A stretch of 52,638 nucleotides of DNA, filler included, from Jimgerdemannia flammicorona (lineage: Eukaryota): the NCBI GenBank assembly GCA_003990765.1. It is 2 parts of 2 records of this genome, joined end to end, with 100 filler letters (N's around TTAATTAATTAA, not from the genome) between each part and the next. Parts side by side here need not be neighbours in the genome. Positions count along the whole stretch, not along the records: positions 1 to 26,269 come from RBNJ01000740.1; positions 26,370 to 52,638 come from RBNJ01000741.1. One strand, 5' to 3'. A program made the translations under genes and the position numbers. Within the stretch, counting starts at the first letter, position 1. Each line of letters starts with the position of its first letter. Under the pieces are notes generated by a model that was not told where the DNA came from, made no database searches, and saw only the letters and a program-made list of their open reading frames with translations. Below, one piece after another: positions 26,001 to 38,435 of this stretch.

Positions 26001-26269
26001 CCTTTCAAGCCTTTGTCCTCCACTCCATAGCACTGCTCAGCTTCTCCAATACCTCCAACAAATCCTCTTCCTCCTCCTCACTCCCCTTCACCCTTATTAT
26101 CTTGTATAAGAAAGCCCCCCAGATTATCACTGAAGGCCAGTTCCTAACCTTCTCAGTAGCTTCCTTCTCTGCCAACTGAATCCTAATATCAACATCTCCA
26201 GTCTAGAATGAGATCCCCTCTCAGACCTGAAACCCAACATCAACCACCTATTTATACTTAGCCATGACT
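23100..26269 (-). mobile_element. LINE copy C, partial, with ~0.4 kb internal deletion near 24310; runs into the gap
   Basis: RGVLEGDLLSPILY, GAFVDN, FLDQEKAYN (~23590), VLGGDFN (~24590), SLNVN (~24970). Colinear with copy B. Confidence 0.88.
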
Positions 26270-26369
26270 NNNNNNNNNNNNNNNNNNNNNNNNNNNNNNN
26301 NNNNNNNNNNNNNTTAATTAATTAANNNNNNNNNNNNNNNNNNNNNNNNNNNNNNNNNNNNNNNNNNNN
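26270..26369. other. Assembly gap / artificial linker
   Basis: Exactly 44 N + TTAATTAATTAA (26314-26325, stops in all six frames) + 44 N = 100 nt. Confidence 0.95.
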
Positions 26370-27122
26370 CACTACTTTATCGAATACAATCCCCACCCTC
26401 CCACCACTCTGTTCACAGATCCTTGTCACCAAACCTTGACATTGCCCCCCTGAAGGACCCCAACCTATCTACCATCCAGTCATCAGATCCCCCAACAGCT
26501 CCTCCCACCTTAAAACCTTCTTCTGCAGTCTCATCTGCCACCTCTCCTCAAACACAAATAGCCAATGTCCCACCAATCTCACCTAAACTGCCAACACCCA
26601 CCTGACAGTGAGCCAACTATTACCCACCCCCCTCACTAGCTGAGATCTCAAGTCCTCCCAGCAGTTCCCCTCACCTGCCAGTCTGTGCTCCACACCCAAT
26701 CTATTCCCTATTTTTACCCAAAAGTCCCCCAAGACCTCACACTCTTCCAGCCAATGTTCTGGTGTCTGCACCAAACCTCCAGCTTGCTCTACATTGTAAT
26801 ACTTCTCACAATCGAAACAGCCACCATCCACCAGATACCCAGTGCAGAAATTCAGCATGATATTTCTCCACAGCATTCATCACTATACCACCCAGAACTT
26901 GGGAGAAAGCCACTGCCATACCTCAGCACTCCAAGACCAGATACCTGCCCAGTCCCACTCCTTGCCAATCCCTACTGCCTGCCAACTACTCAGCTAAAGA
27001 TCCCAGCCAAGACTCTGCTGACACTCTACTCTATTCTCAATATCAAAAGTAGTAAGTAGAGTACCCCCCAGTAGCAGTCTATCTCATCGCCATATACTAG
27101 GTCTCCACAACATCTCTGCTCA
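26370..27122 (-). mobile_element. LINE fragment D (ORF2 C-terminal zinc-finger region)
   Basis: LWRNIMLNF..GCFDC..TPEHWLEECEVLGDFW, homologous to copy A ~1450-2210. Confidence 0.8.
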
Positions 27123-27902
27123 CTTAGGAGATATGGTAAAGGAAATTAAAGAAAGAGACTACTACCTAGTTAGAGGGACCTGCTATACTTATAGAGAAGA
27201 AGACCACTACTCATATAAATATATAAGTAAAATCAAATACAAGGCCCAGCTAAGCAATGCTATTTGAAATAAGAAATAGACCAATATCATCACCTTCAAG
27301 GAGATTGGGAAATCAGATAAAGAGAAATAAGAAGCCTACTCTACTAAGATTATTAAGAAAGATATCTGCAAACAATCTTATAAGAGACTACTAGAGAGAC
27401 CCAAGAAGAATTCTATAGAAAAGTAGATAGAGACTACTACAGAAAATCAAGGTAAAGAAATAGATCAAGATATGGAGCTAGAACAGACTGTTTAAGATAT
27501 CATCCAAGAAATCACTCTAGTTAGTGAAGGAGAAAAAAAGAAGAAGCTTTACAAAATCAAGACCTTTAAGTATAATATCTTCAAGGACCTCAGTCAATAA
27601 AAGATCAATGCAACCTTTGGCCAGCTGGCAGAAATACCCACATTTAGACAACAAATGAGATATGGACTTGCTGAGACAACCAAGAAGTAAGGTTGGAAGA
27701 TAACTGAGGCCAACAATATTTAAGAAGACTTAGAAGAAGAGAGTGAAGACAATTATAAGACCTCTGTCTATACAATCTGTCAGATTGAAGATAGAATCTT
27801 TGAAGCCATTATTAATACAGGAGTAGGAGGATATCTCCTCAGTAAGAAAGCAGCAGACCATCTAGGTTGGAAAGTAACCAAATTGGTGTTTATTACAGCA
27901 GA

Positions 27903-29402
27903 TGTAAGTGCACAACCTCTAAGCCACCAAAATCACATGTCATCCTCAGAACTAATTTGGAAACTATATGCAAGACTATAAAACAAGTTACTGAAGAGAT
28001 CACCTAGTTATACAAAATATACTAGCAAGTATGAGAACCTACTGCCAAGATATAAGAATACCAGAAGAAGTACTATAACTATAAGACCGACTCTGAATCT
28101 CTATAACTAGTTTAATATACTATACTATTATAAAAAAAAACTGAAAGTACCAAACTCAAATCAAGATAAGAAGAATCCTATCTCATCTATCAAAGGTTCA
28201 TGAACTGCACTTATCAACTCAAGACCAAGATACACTGCAACTATACAAGACCTCATTACTTAGCAGAAGCAAAATGCATTTGAATAACTCTATTTGCTCT
28301 ATCTATATCACCTCTATTGGAGAATAATGGATGCTTCATCTGAACTCAAGAAAGCTGACATTGTTGAAACCAGTCTCAAGCCCATCTATGTGATAGATAT
28401 TACTACTAGAAATTACCTTGGATTACAGAAAATATCATTTCCGAGAGGTTTGAACCCCCAGCTATGATATTGGGAGCCCTTGCTCTAGATAAGGATGGCT
28501 AGTCCTCACAAATGTATCAGCAGGCCAAAAAAAAAAAGAACCAAGACCTATTATTCTTATACAACCACTGCCACTAAGGATAGTCTTAATCTTACAAGAG
28601 ATAGAGATAATGACATCTTTGAAACTGATAATGTCAGAAGTCAGAAAACTGCTCAGACTTTACCAGAGATATGTCATTAATAGTGATGTCATCAAAGACT
28701 ACCCAGACAGTGTCTAAATCTATAGATAGCTTAGCAGTCATAGTATAGTTAGATTAGCCTTATATAATATGACTGTGAACTGACTTAACAGTCAGATGAT
28801 CCCTTGATATGTTAGATCACACTTATACTATATGACTACATTCTGACTCAGTAAGGTACTAAGTACTACATCTATATTCAGCATAGTCTAGATAGCCTCT
28901 CACTAGTATAAATACTCTCTCCCCCAGATCTCAGAATCTCAGACTTAAAGACTCAAATATACAAGAACATTCCTGAACACTTCTCCACAATATCCCTTTA
29001 TACAAATACTCCTAGTATAGTAATATCATGAATAGCAAATAAATTTATTTAATAATCCACAAACCACTCTTAAGTAAATTCACTCTCTGTTAAATCCCAC
29101 TCCTAACTCCATTATGAAATTTCCTAATTGGGTATTATCTGCAGCAATATGCCAATTCAACTAAGCTGGTCTTAGTTTCTTGAACTCTCTGAAAATACAG
29201 AAAATCCTGAATATCCAGAACTAGTCTGAAAAAGAACTTTGGTTGAGATATTAACTCAATCTTGAAATCAATAAGTATAGAGAACATACTCCATATGAAA
29301 TTGATCTTGACCTTAAGAAAACAGTCTTTCAGAATATCCAGAACTTCCAGAAAACCCTTTCAGAACTATGTAACAGTTATTCTAATAAGTAACTCTCTTA
29401 CA
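27903..29402 (+). repeat. 5' LTR of element A
   Basis: TGTAAG...CTCTTACA; direct repeat of 32794-34732; TATAAATA near 28907. Confidence 0.92.
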
Positions 29403-29659
29403 ACTTGGTAGTAATGATTTACAATCTAATTCCACTTCAAGATATTTCCTCACCCCACTATATAATCACTCTGAGAATTCCTATAAGTTAGTATAAAGCC
29501 TAATCTCTGAACTGGAATTTATTCTAAACTATCTGACAATCTGGAGAGAATTGAATCTGACGTATAAGGACAATTTGACCTCCATACCTATAACAAGTGG
29601 GACAAACTTCATTCAAAGAAAGAAATACTCCAGTTAAATCAGCAGATAGGTAAAACCCT

Positions 29660-32600
29660 ATACCAAACTCCTTGCACTATACCCAGCAAGTCAAGATAAA
29701 GAAGGTCTTATAGAAGCCTTCTTTACTCTTCTCAACAAGAGTTTTGTCAGCTCCACAAATTTGAGTGACCTAGGACAACTATCAGCAGTCTTTCTAGCCT
29801 TAGTTCCTCACAAAGCCTAAGCCTCTATAGCCAAGTGGCTCAACTCTACTGACTTTCACCATACCAGGACCAAGACCGCATTATACTACTGTTTCCAGAA
29901 CAGTAAAGCCTGCTATATTCTTAAGAAAAAAGTAAGAGAAATCCTTTATCAATAACCTGACCCTGAACTCAAAGCAGATCCTGCTACAGCTCTACCTGAA
30001 CCTGAAACTAATACCAAATCAGAACTTGACTTTGAATTAAGTCTATCTGAAATTAGATATATAACTGATTCTGTCTACTTTGACATTAAGCAAACCCAAC
30101 TATATAGGGACCAAGCCAAAGAGGAGGAGGAGTACCTCAGTAAATTTGATCCTAGATATATTACTGAAGGAGATGTACCTCTATCAGGACAGAACATACC
30201 TACATAGTAACAAATAGCTATCTATCGAGCCCTCACTCCAGACTCACAACTACTACTCTAGCAACTTATATAGACTCAAAGAACACCCTCACATACTGCA
30301 CTAGTACCTCAAGTAGTACCAGTAACACCACTATCAGTAGTCCAATTATCTCTAATAAACAATATGGCAAACTAACAGATTCTAGACCTTATAGTCCAGA
30401 TAGCCATAATGGCAGCAACCATTACTGCCTTAGCTGAATAGACTCAATCTATCAAAAATCTGAGCCTATCTACCTTCAATGGTACTGCACAAGAAGTCCA
30501 AAGCTTTATTAGTATAGTTGACACTAACTTTGAAGCCAATCAATAGACAAATAAATGAGTTGCTGACCACCTTCCGACAAACAATCAAGACTACACTCTG
30601 GAACAACTCTTTGCTACTACTATGGCCTATGTTCGATGAGTTGTTATATTCTTCCAAGGACCCACTGAAGAATAGTGGTAAACCCTTCCTGAAAAACCCC
30701 TCACTTGGGACACCCAATCTGCAGTTATTGCCCAAAATGCAGCAAATAATACCCCAGGATATAGAGCCTATCCTGCAGCCCCTGGACTGAAACAACTCAT
30801 AATTGCTCAATATCACAGTGAAACCATGATTGCTGAATCTCAAGTAAAACTCCATAATCTCAAATTTGATATACATAGCAAGAAAGAATTCAAAACTTTA
30901 TATACAAAACTCAAGTCACTCTTGAATACTGTTGATCTAGGATATATTGCCAATGATGAAGTTCAAAATAGTATAAGAGTAGACCATTTATTTGATGTAC
31001 TGCCTGAATAGCTTACTAGAAAAATCTGAAAACAAGGCTGCTCAGTTAGTTGTGATCACCAATAATAGTACTTGGCAAGAATCAAGACCATGGTCAAGTG
31101 AATCCTAACAGCTGGACCAATTCTGCCTCAAAGACAATTCAACAACAAGAAAAAGACTTGGACCAAAAAAGAAGAACCCAAGTATGAAGCATCTCAAGCT
31201 CTCTCCATATTCACCTCTTGGACATCCAGAAATCATAAACCTATCCAGCTAAGTACCTTTAAGAAACTCACTGAAAGAGAAAGAAATGAACTTTAAAGAA
31301 GTGGAGTATGCTTCTATTGCTAAAAGACAGAACATATGGCCAGTACCTGCCCTAATCGAAAACTCTGAACAGCAATATGAGCAACCATTACTACTCTGCA
31401 CTATCTCAATAATCTGACTACCAGAACACTGGACTTTATCAAGTTAAGGCAAACTACCAAGGCCCCAACTAAAGAAAGTCAAAAGGCAGCTGGATATGAC
31501 CTGTATGCAGCCAAAGAAGCTATAGTTTCCAACTGAGAAGTTAAGCAAGTTAATATAGGAATTAGTATCCAAATCTCTGAAGGATATATTGGAAGAATAT
31601 ACTGTCACAGCAGTTTAGTATTGAAAGGACTCTCAGTAGAAGGAGGAGTCATTGACAAAGATTATACAGGCAAAATTATTATCCTCATCTGAAACCATAG
31701 TTAGATACCCTTTAAGATCTCCATTGGTTTCTGCATTACCCAGATCCTATTTGAAAAAATCAAGTCAACCCTGATAATCAAGGAAGTCCCTGAACTACTC
31801 CATACCATCTAAGGATCTAAAGGATTTGGTTCATCAAACAAGGTTCCAGCCCAACCTACTATGAGCAAAGAAGAATAATTCTACAAGAAAATTAAAGATA
31901 GATATGTACCAAGCAGCCAATGCTCCCATGGTATTGGAATATACTCTTCCTGAATGATTGATGATTGCTTCTCTTGTGTTAATGAACTGGCTCAAAGAAG
32001 AACCAACAGAAGGAAAGCCCCTATAACCGAAATCACCATCATTGGATTAGACAAACTGCTTATATTTCAAGCTTTTATCAATTGAGCACCTGTCAAGATT
32101 ATGATAGACAGTGGTGCCTCAGGCAACTTCATCAATGAAGAAACAGTCAATAGACTCAAGGTCCTCACCTCTCTAGTACAATAAACTCAAGCAGTTGCTA
32201 TAGCTGATGGAACCTCACATATTATTAGTAAAGAAGTCTGCAATCTGCTCTTCTGAATTGATGACTACTGAGTATATATTATTCTCCAGATTGTACTACT
32301 TTCTGATAATGAGATCATTCTTGGAACTCCATGGTTGAATAAGAGAACCCTATGATTAATTGGGTAAACTATTCTCTAACCATCAAGAAAGGATATCATA
32401 ACTTCAAACTGTAAGGTGAAAGGGACCCACTCAGCTCTAGTGACTCTGGACCAAAGATCACTCATATCAACAAGCTATAGCTCAAGAAATTGGCTAAGAA
32501 ATGCCCTCTCTTTGCTATCTCTATCCACTCATCTAAAGGAGAATCTGAAAACTCTGAAAAAGACTTTTCCAAAGTTGACAGCTATGTTAGACCTCTACTC

Positions 32601-32760
32601 CAGAAAGTCTAAGATATATTTCTGAACCAAACCACAGAACCACCTGCATCTGTCATCATTAATGACCAAGAAGAATACAAAGTTGAACAAATCCTCAACA
32701 AATATAGCCACAAGAACCATCTAAATGGTACAACAACATTAGATCAAATTAGAAGGTCTT
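29660..32760 (+). pseudogene. Gag - dUTPase - protease - chromodomain-stub polyprotein relic; no RT/RH/IN
   Basis: STFNGTAQEVQSFI (~30470). Knuckle GVCFYC*KTEHMASTCP (~31303). dUTPase. IMIDSGASGNFI (~32098). ILGTPWL (~32317). PPASVIINDQEEYKVEQILNK (~32640-32702). Confidence 0.85.
31429..31836 (+). pseudogene. dUTPase domain 2 (between NC knuckle and protease)
   Basis: AAGYDL, CHSSL (decayed RSGL), GGVIDKDYTG, CITQ (RIAQ), *GSKGFGSS. Confidence 0.92.
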
Positions 32761-32793
32761 GATAAGAATATCAAAAGCTAAGAAGGAGAGAGT

Positions 32794-34732
32794 TGTAAGC
32801 ACACAACCTCTAAGCCACCAAAATCACATATCATCTTTAGAACCAATTTGGAAACTACATACAAGACTATAAAATAAGTTACTGAAGAGATCACCTGGTT
32901 ATACAAAATATACTAGCAAGTATGAGAACCTACTACCAAGATACAAGAATATCAAAAGAAGTACTATAACTATAAGACTGACTCTGAACCTCTATAACTA
33001 GTTTAGTGTACTGTACTATTACAAAAGGAAACCAAAAGTACCAAACTCAAACCAAAACAAGAAGAACCCTATCTCACCTATTAAAGATTTATGAACTATA
33101 CTTATCAACTCAATACTAAGATATACTGTAACTATATAAGACCTCATTACTTAGCAGAAGCAAAATGTATTTGAATAACTCTATTCACTCTATCTGTATC
33201 ACCTCTATTGGAGAATAATAGATGCTTCATCTGAACTCAAGAAAGCCAACATTGTCAAAACCAGTCTCAAGCCCATCTACATGACAGATATTACTACTAG
33301 AAATTGCCTTGAATTATAGAAAATATCATTTCTGAGAGGTTTGAACCCCCAGCTGCGACATTGGGAGCTCTCACCCTAGACAAGAATGACCAGTCCTTGC
33401 AAATATACTAGTAGGCTAAAAAAAAAGAGAACCAAGACCTATTATCCTTGTATAACTACTGCTACCAAGGATAGTCTTAATCTTGTAAGAGATAGAGGTG
33501 ATGACATCTTTGAAACTGATGATATCAGAAGTCAGAAAACTGCTCAGACTTTGCCAGAGATGATGTCATCAATGGTGATATCATTAAAGACTACCCAGAC
33601 AGTATCTAAATTTATAGATAGCTTAGCAGTCATAGTATTAGTGCTCCCAATGAATTGAATCGAATTGAATTTGGCCCAAACTCGATTTGATTCGATCGAA
33701 TCAAGGGTCCAATTTGATTCGATTCAAATCGAATCAAAGGTCCAATTCAATTTGAAGTTCAATTCAAACCTTAATTTTCAAAATGTAATAACTCGACGAA
33801 AACTCATCCAAATTTAACATATTTTAGCTTGTTAGATTCACCATATTAATGTGATTCTAACAAGCCAAAGTACGTTAGATTTGGATGAGTTTACGCTGAG
33901 TTATTGTATTTTGAAAATTAGGGTTCGAATCAGACCCTCAATTCAATTCAACTTTTGATTTGATTCAAATTGATTTGAATTGAAAAATCCCCAATTCGAT
34001 TCGACTCATTTAACCCTCAATTTGATTTGATTTAAATTGATTCGACTCATTTGGGAGCACTACATAGTATAGTTAGATTAGCCTTATATGTACAATATAA
34101 CTGTAAACTGACTTAGCAGTCAGATGATTCCTTGATATGTCAGATTACACTTGTAATATGACTGCATTCCAACTCAGCAAGATACTAAGTGCTATATCCA
34201 TATTCAGCATAGCCCAGATAGCCTCTCACTATTATACATAAATACCCCCTCTCTCAGACCTCAGAATCTTAGACTTAAAGACTCAAACATATAAGAATAT
34301 TTCTGAACACTTTCATACAATATCCCTTCACACAAATACCTCTAGTATAGCAATATCATGAATAGTAAATAAACCTATTTAATAATCTACAAACCACTCT
34401 TAAGTAAATCCACTCTCTGTTAGGTCTCACTCCTAACCCTATTACAAAATTTCCTAATTGGATATTATCTATAGTAATATGTCAATTCAACTAAGCTGGT
34501 CTTAGTTTCTTGAACTTCCTAAAAATACAGAAAATCCCGAATATCCAGAACTAGTCTGAAAAAGGACTTTGGTTGAGATGATAATCTGATCTTAAAATCA
34601 ATAAGTATAGAGAATATACTCCATATGAAATTGATCTTGACCTTAAGAAAATGGTCTTCCAGAATATCCAAAACTTCCAGAAAACCCTTCCAGAACTATA
34701 TAATAGTTATCCTAATAAGTAACCCTCTTACA
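32794..34732 (+). repeat. 3' LTR of element A (contains MITE 1)
   Basis: Colinear with the 5' LTR apart from the 424-bp insertion plus its 8-bp TSD. Confidence 0.92.
33639..34062. mobile_element. hAT-type MITE 1, 424 bp foldback
   Basis: TIR TAGTGCTCCCAA / TTGGGAGCACTA. Perfect 8-bp TSD CATAGTAT (33631-33638 / 34063-34070). Empty site in the 5' LTR (~28739). Internal palindromy and TTCGA/TTTGA microrepeats. Confidence 0.93.
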
Positions 34733-35294
34733 GTAGATGATATAAGAGCTATATCTCTGAGAAAAATCTGAGATATTCCTATCAAGTTTGAGAGAGTAAC
34801 TATTCTAGTAGATGTGATCATGACCAATGCCACCAACTATGATATTCTTATTAGCAATCAGTGGCTTCATAAAGCCAAGGCAATAATTAATCTGAATATC
34901 TAAAAGATGCAAATTATCTACTGAGACTAAAAGATGTGAATTCTAATTAATATCAATAAAGAAGTACTGTCTGAGATAAAGAAAGAAGAAAGTGAGCAAG
35001 AAGAAGCCTATATGATGACTACTCAGAAAAAGAAAAAGAAAGTCAGATGGATCAGTGAAGAAGAATGATGCAAGAAGATTGCAGAAGGATATATACTATA
35101 AGAAGTCTGTACTTATAGAATTAAAATGTACTATAGTGAGCACATCAATGACTACTACCAATGTAGCATTAGTATAAGAAAGATCTATCAGAAAAGAAAA
35201 CAGAAGGCTCTCAAAAAACAGACAAGAAAAGAGGAGGAGGAGAAAGAGGATGATAAATCACCAGCTCTTCTGAAGAATAGTGATGATGAAGAAG

Positions 35295-35712
35295 AAATCA
35301 AGGTCAAGATTCAGAGGATCTACTCTAATACAGTTCTACCAGAATATAAGTCAGAGAATGTAGCTAGAATAGATATTGCCATAGTAGAAGAAACTATATT
35401 AGAGTTCCAGATAACTACCCTACTTGCAACTAGTCTGGAGATAATTATTTCAAAGGACCATATCAGAATCCTCAAGACAAGAAGTAGTCTGGCTAGGAGT
35501 GAAATCACAATTAAAAGAGAAGTCATCAATTCAGATTATATTGAAGAAATACTACTTATTGTTAGAAACTATAATCCTATGATTCTATTTCCAATCAAGA
35601 AGAAGGACTGATTAGTACAGATGTTGATCTTCCTAGTTCTTCAGCCAAAGATTATAGAAGTCAAGAAGTTAGAGAAAATGGAAAGAGAAAGAAAAGAATT
35701 TAGATCTATAGG
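35295..35712 (+). pseudogene. dUTPase domain 3 (between protease and RT)
   Basis: ARIDI (AGxDL), TRSSLA, EVINSDYIE (GVIDSDYxG), *LVQ (RLAQ), ERERKEFRSIG (RGxxGFGS). Covered by ORFs 35126..35611 and 35621..35941. Confidence 0.85.
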
Positions 35713-38435
35713 AAAAGGAGTATTTACCAGCACCAAGATTACTGAACTGAATTATAAGAAGGAGAAAACTATGAATAAGCATAGCTATATCATTGGAAAT
35801 GAATTCTTATTTAAGAAGAAACTCAAGAAGATACTCTATAAATTTGAGGATATTCTAGTTACAGATTTCAAAGATATCAAAGAAAAGACCCCATACTACT
35901 ATTATGATATAGACACAGAAGATACCAAACCAATCTACTAAAAAGTAAGGTCAATATCACTAGTCTACTGTGAATGGCTCAGAGAAGAAATTAAGTAAAT
36001 AAAAAAGCTAGTATCATCAAAGAAGTCAGTAGTCCCTGGGCTTCATCAGTTATACTAGTTCTGAAAAAGAGAAGTAAGCTAGGAGAATTTGCCCCAAGAC
36101 TCTGCACTGATTATAAGAAGCTCAACTTGGTTACTAAGAAAGATTACTAACTATTATCTCTTATTAGTAATATCTTTATAATCTTAGAAGATAAAGCACA
36201 GTACTATAGTATCTTAGACTTATACTTAGAATTCTACCAAATTGACTTCACTGAAGCAGTAAGTAAAAAGTCAGCCTTCATTACCCTAGATAGAATCTAT
36301 GTCTATCTGTGAATACTATTCAGAATGTATGAATGATGAATAAAATCTTCTACTATAATATAGAAAGATAGATAATGGTTTATGTAGATGATGTTATTAT
36401 CTACAGTAAGACAGCTGAAGAACATCTGCAGTATATCTAGTAGATGATAGAGAAACTAAGATAGTATGGCCTTTATATCAAGCTCAAGAAGTATAAGTTT
36501 GTAGAAATTGAGACCATCTATCTTGACTATATCATTAATTGAGATAGAATATATATAGACTCTCTCAAGATTCAAGTAGTAGTAATATACTCAAGGTCTA
36601 TCACAGTTACCAAAGTCCAAGCCTTTATGGGGCTCATCTTCTACTACTGAAGATTTATCAGAGAATTATCCAATATTGCAGATCTAATCTACAAACTCAA
36701 TAAGAAGGATACCAAGTTCCAATAGACTAGTAGGTAATAAAAAACATTCAATGAGCTTAAGGTCAGACTGATCCAGACACTCATCCTCAGAAGACCTGAT
36801 TGGATTTAAAAATCCATCCTATAGATAGATACAAGTACTCAAGAATTAAGAGTAGTCCTAGTATAAAAGAAAGATAAAGTAGAGTATATCATTATATACC
36901 TAAGCTGAGAAATCAGAGAAGCTGAAAAAGAATATGAATCCTATAAGTTGGAATGTCTTGCAGTTATTTGGGCTATAGAGAAGTTCTACTACTATCTTGC
37001 CAGAAGACACTTTACTATCCAGACAGACCATTTAGCCCTTATCTAGCTACTGACCACTGAGCCACTCAAAGAAATCTATGCCAAATGGATTATGAAGTTA
37101 TAAGCATATGATGTAACTATCATGTACTACCTAGGAAGAACTAATATCAATATAGATACTCTCTCATAGACACCTTGAAGGACCCCCAACCAGCAAATCA
37201 ATTATGAATAAGGAGCTTTACTATAGAATCATTACCTATCTGAGACAGCAAAAGATACCCTAACATCTGGAAGAATAGACATAAATGATTATTAATAGAA
37301 TATAGAAAAAATTTGAAACTGATAGAGAAATACATAAAAAAGAAAAACTACTAGTTATATCAAAATATAAGAAGGAATAAGCAATAAAATCAGTATATAA
37401 ACTTGATCATCTAAGAAGAACAAATATATATAATAAAGTAAGAAGAACAATATAGTGGTCTGAGATAGAGAAAGATATCAGACAATTTATTAAAATCTAT
37501 GACAAATATCAGAAATAGAAATAAGATCAATGAAATCAAATACTAAGATTAGTATATATAGAATCAGTATTCTTTGCACATATCACAATAGATATAATTG
37601 GCCCTCTATCCTTGACTTTGATTGGTAACTAATATATAATAGTCATTGTAGATCTTTTTATAAAAGATAGGATCTCTCAAGAAAGCTAATATATAGTTAA
37701 TTATCAATTTCTTTTACAAAGAAATCATCTGCTGATTCAAGAGTCCAGCACAAGTAACTACAGACAGAGGAACAGAATTCATGAACCAGTTCTTTGAGGT
37801 TCTCTATAAAAAGTATAAGATCTAGTACATTCAGACCATAGTCTATCATCTATAAGGAAATAGATAAGTAGAAAGGACCAACAAGACCTTTAAGAATATT
37901 ATTACTAAGATCTGTAATAACTATAAAAACTGAGATCACTATCTATTAATAGCATTATCTGCTATCTGGGATATCTGATCACAAAACACCCACTTTACTC
38001 TCTCAAGAAATGCTATTTAGAGAAGAAAGTTCTTATAGAACTCTATCATCTAATAGAGATACTATATAGAAATATATAGACAAAGACTATATCAAATCAG
38101 AAAGAAGGCTAAAGATTATATAACCAAGGTGCAGACACTATAACAGAATAATGCAAAAAAGATTCACAAGCCCCTAGAGATCATCAAGATAGGAGGTATA
38201 TTGGAATATGATAGAAGCTTCATGGTTATGAAAACTGGAGCCTAAATAGAAAGGACCTTATCTGGTGCAAGATATAAAAGAAACTATCTTTTGGCTATGA
38301 AAACTCTCAGGCATAATCATCCCCACTACCATTCACTGAAACTGACTCAAGAAGTATCATAGCTAATCAATGGAGTACTGCCATAGCTCTTAAGATCATC
38401 AGTACTATACAGAAAGCCATAGAAAAATGATAGGG

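Larger units (their letters stand above)
27903..34732 (+). mobile_element. LTR element A (chromovirus-derived, internally deleted), inserted in the protease of element B
   Basis: Two ~1.5 kb TG..CA LTRs. 5-bp TSD GCAGA (27898-27902) / GTAGA (34733-34737). PBS-like TGGTAG at 29406. PPT AGAAGGAGAGAG before 32794. Confidence 0.93.

Noticed and set aside
26314..26325. Palindromic TTAATTAATTAA island within Ns
   Set aside because: Symmetric 44N-12-44N six-frame stop linker, an assembly artefact. Contiguity across it is unproven.
28495..28750. ORFs within LTR A (28495..28680, 33386..33658) and a possible antisense ORF
   Set aside because: Short, differing in frame and length between the two LTRs, and without recognisable motifs.
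11232..35712. dUTPases as host DUT1 or evidence of an endogenous DNA virus
   Set aside because: Two are embedded within Gypsy polyprotein relics and the third in a retroelement-like relic. All are pseudogenised, and no DNA-virus hallmark genes are present.
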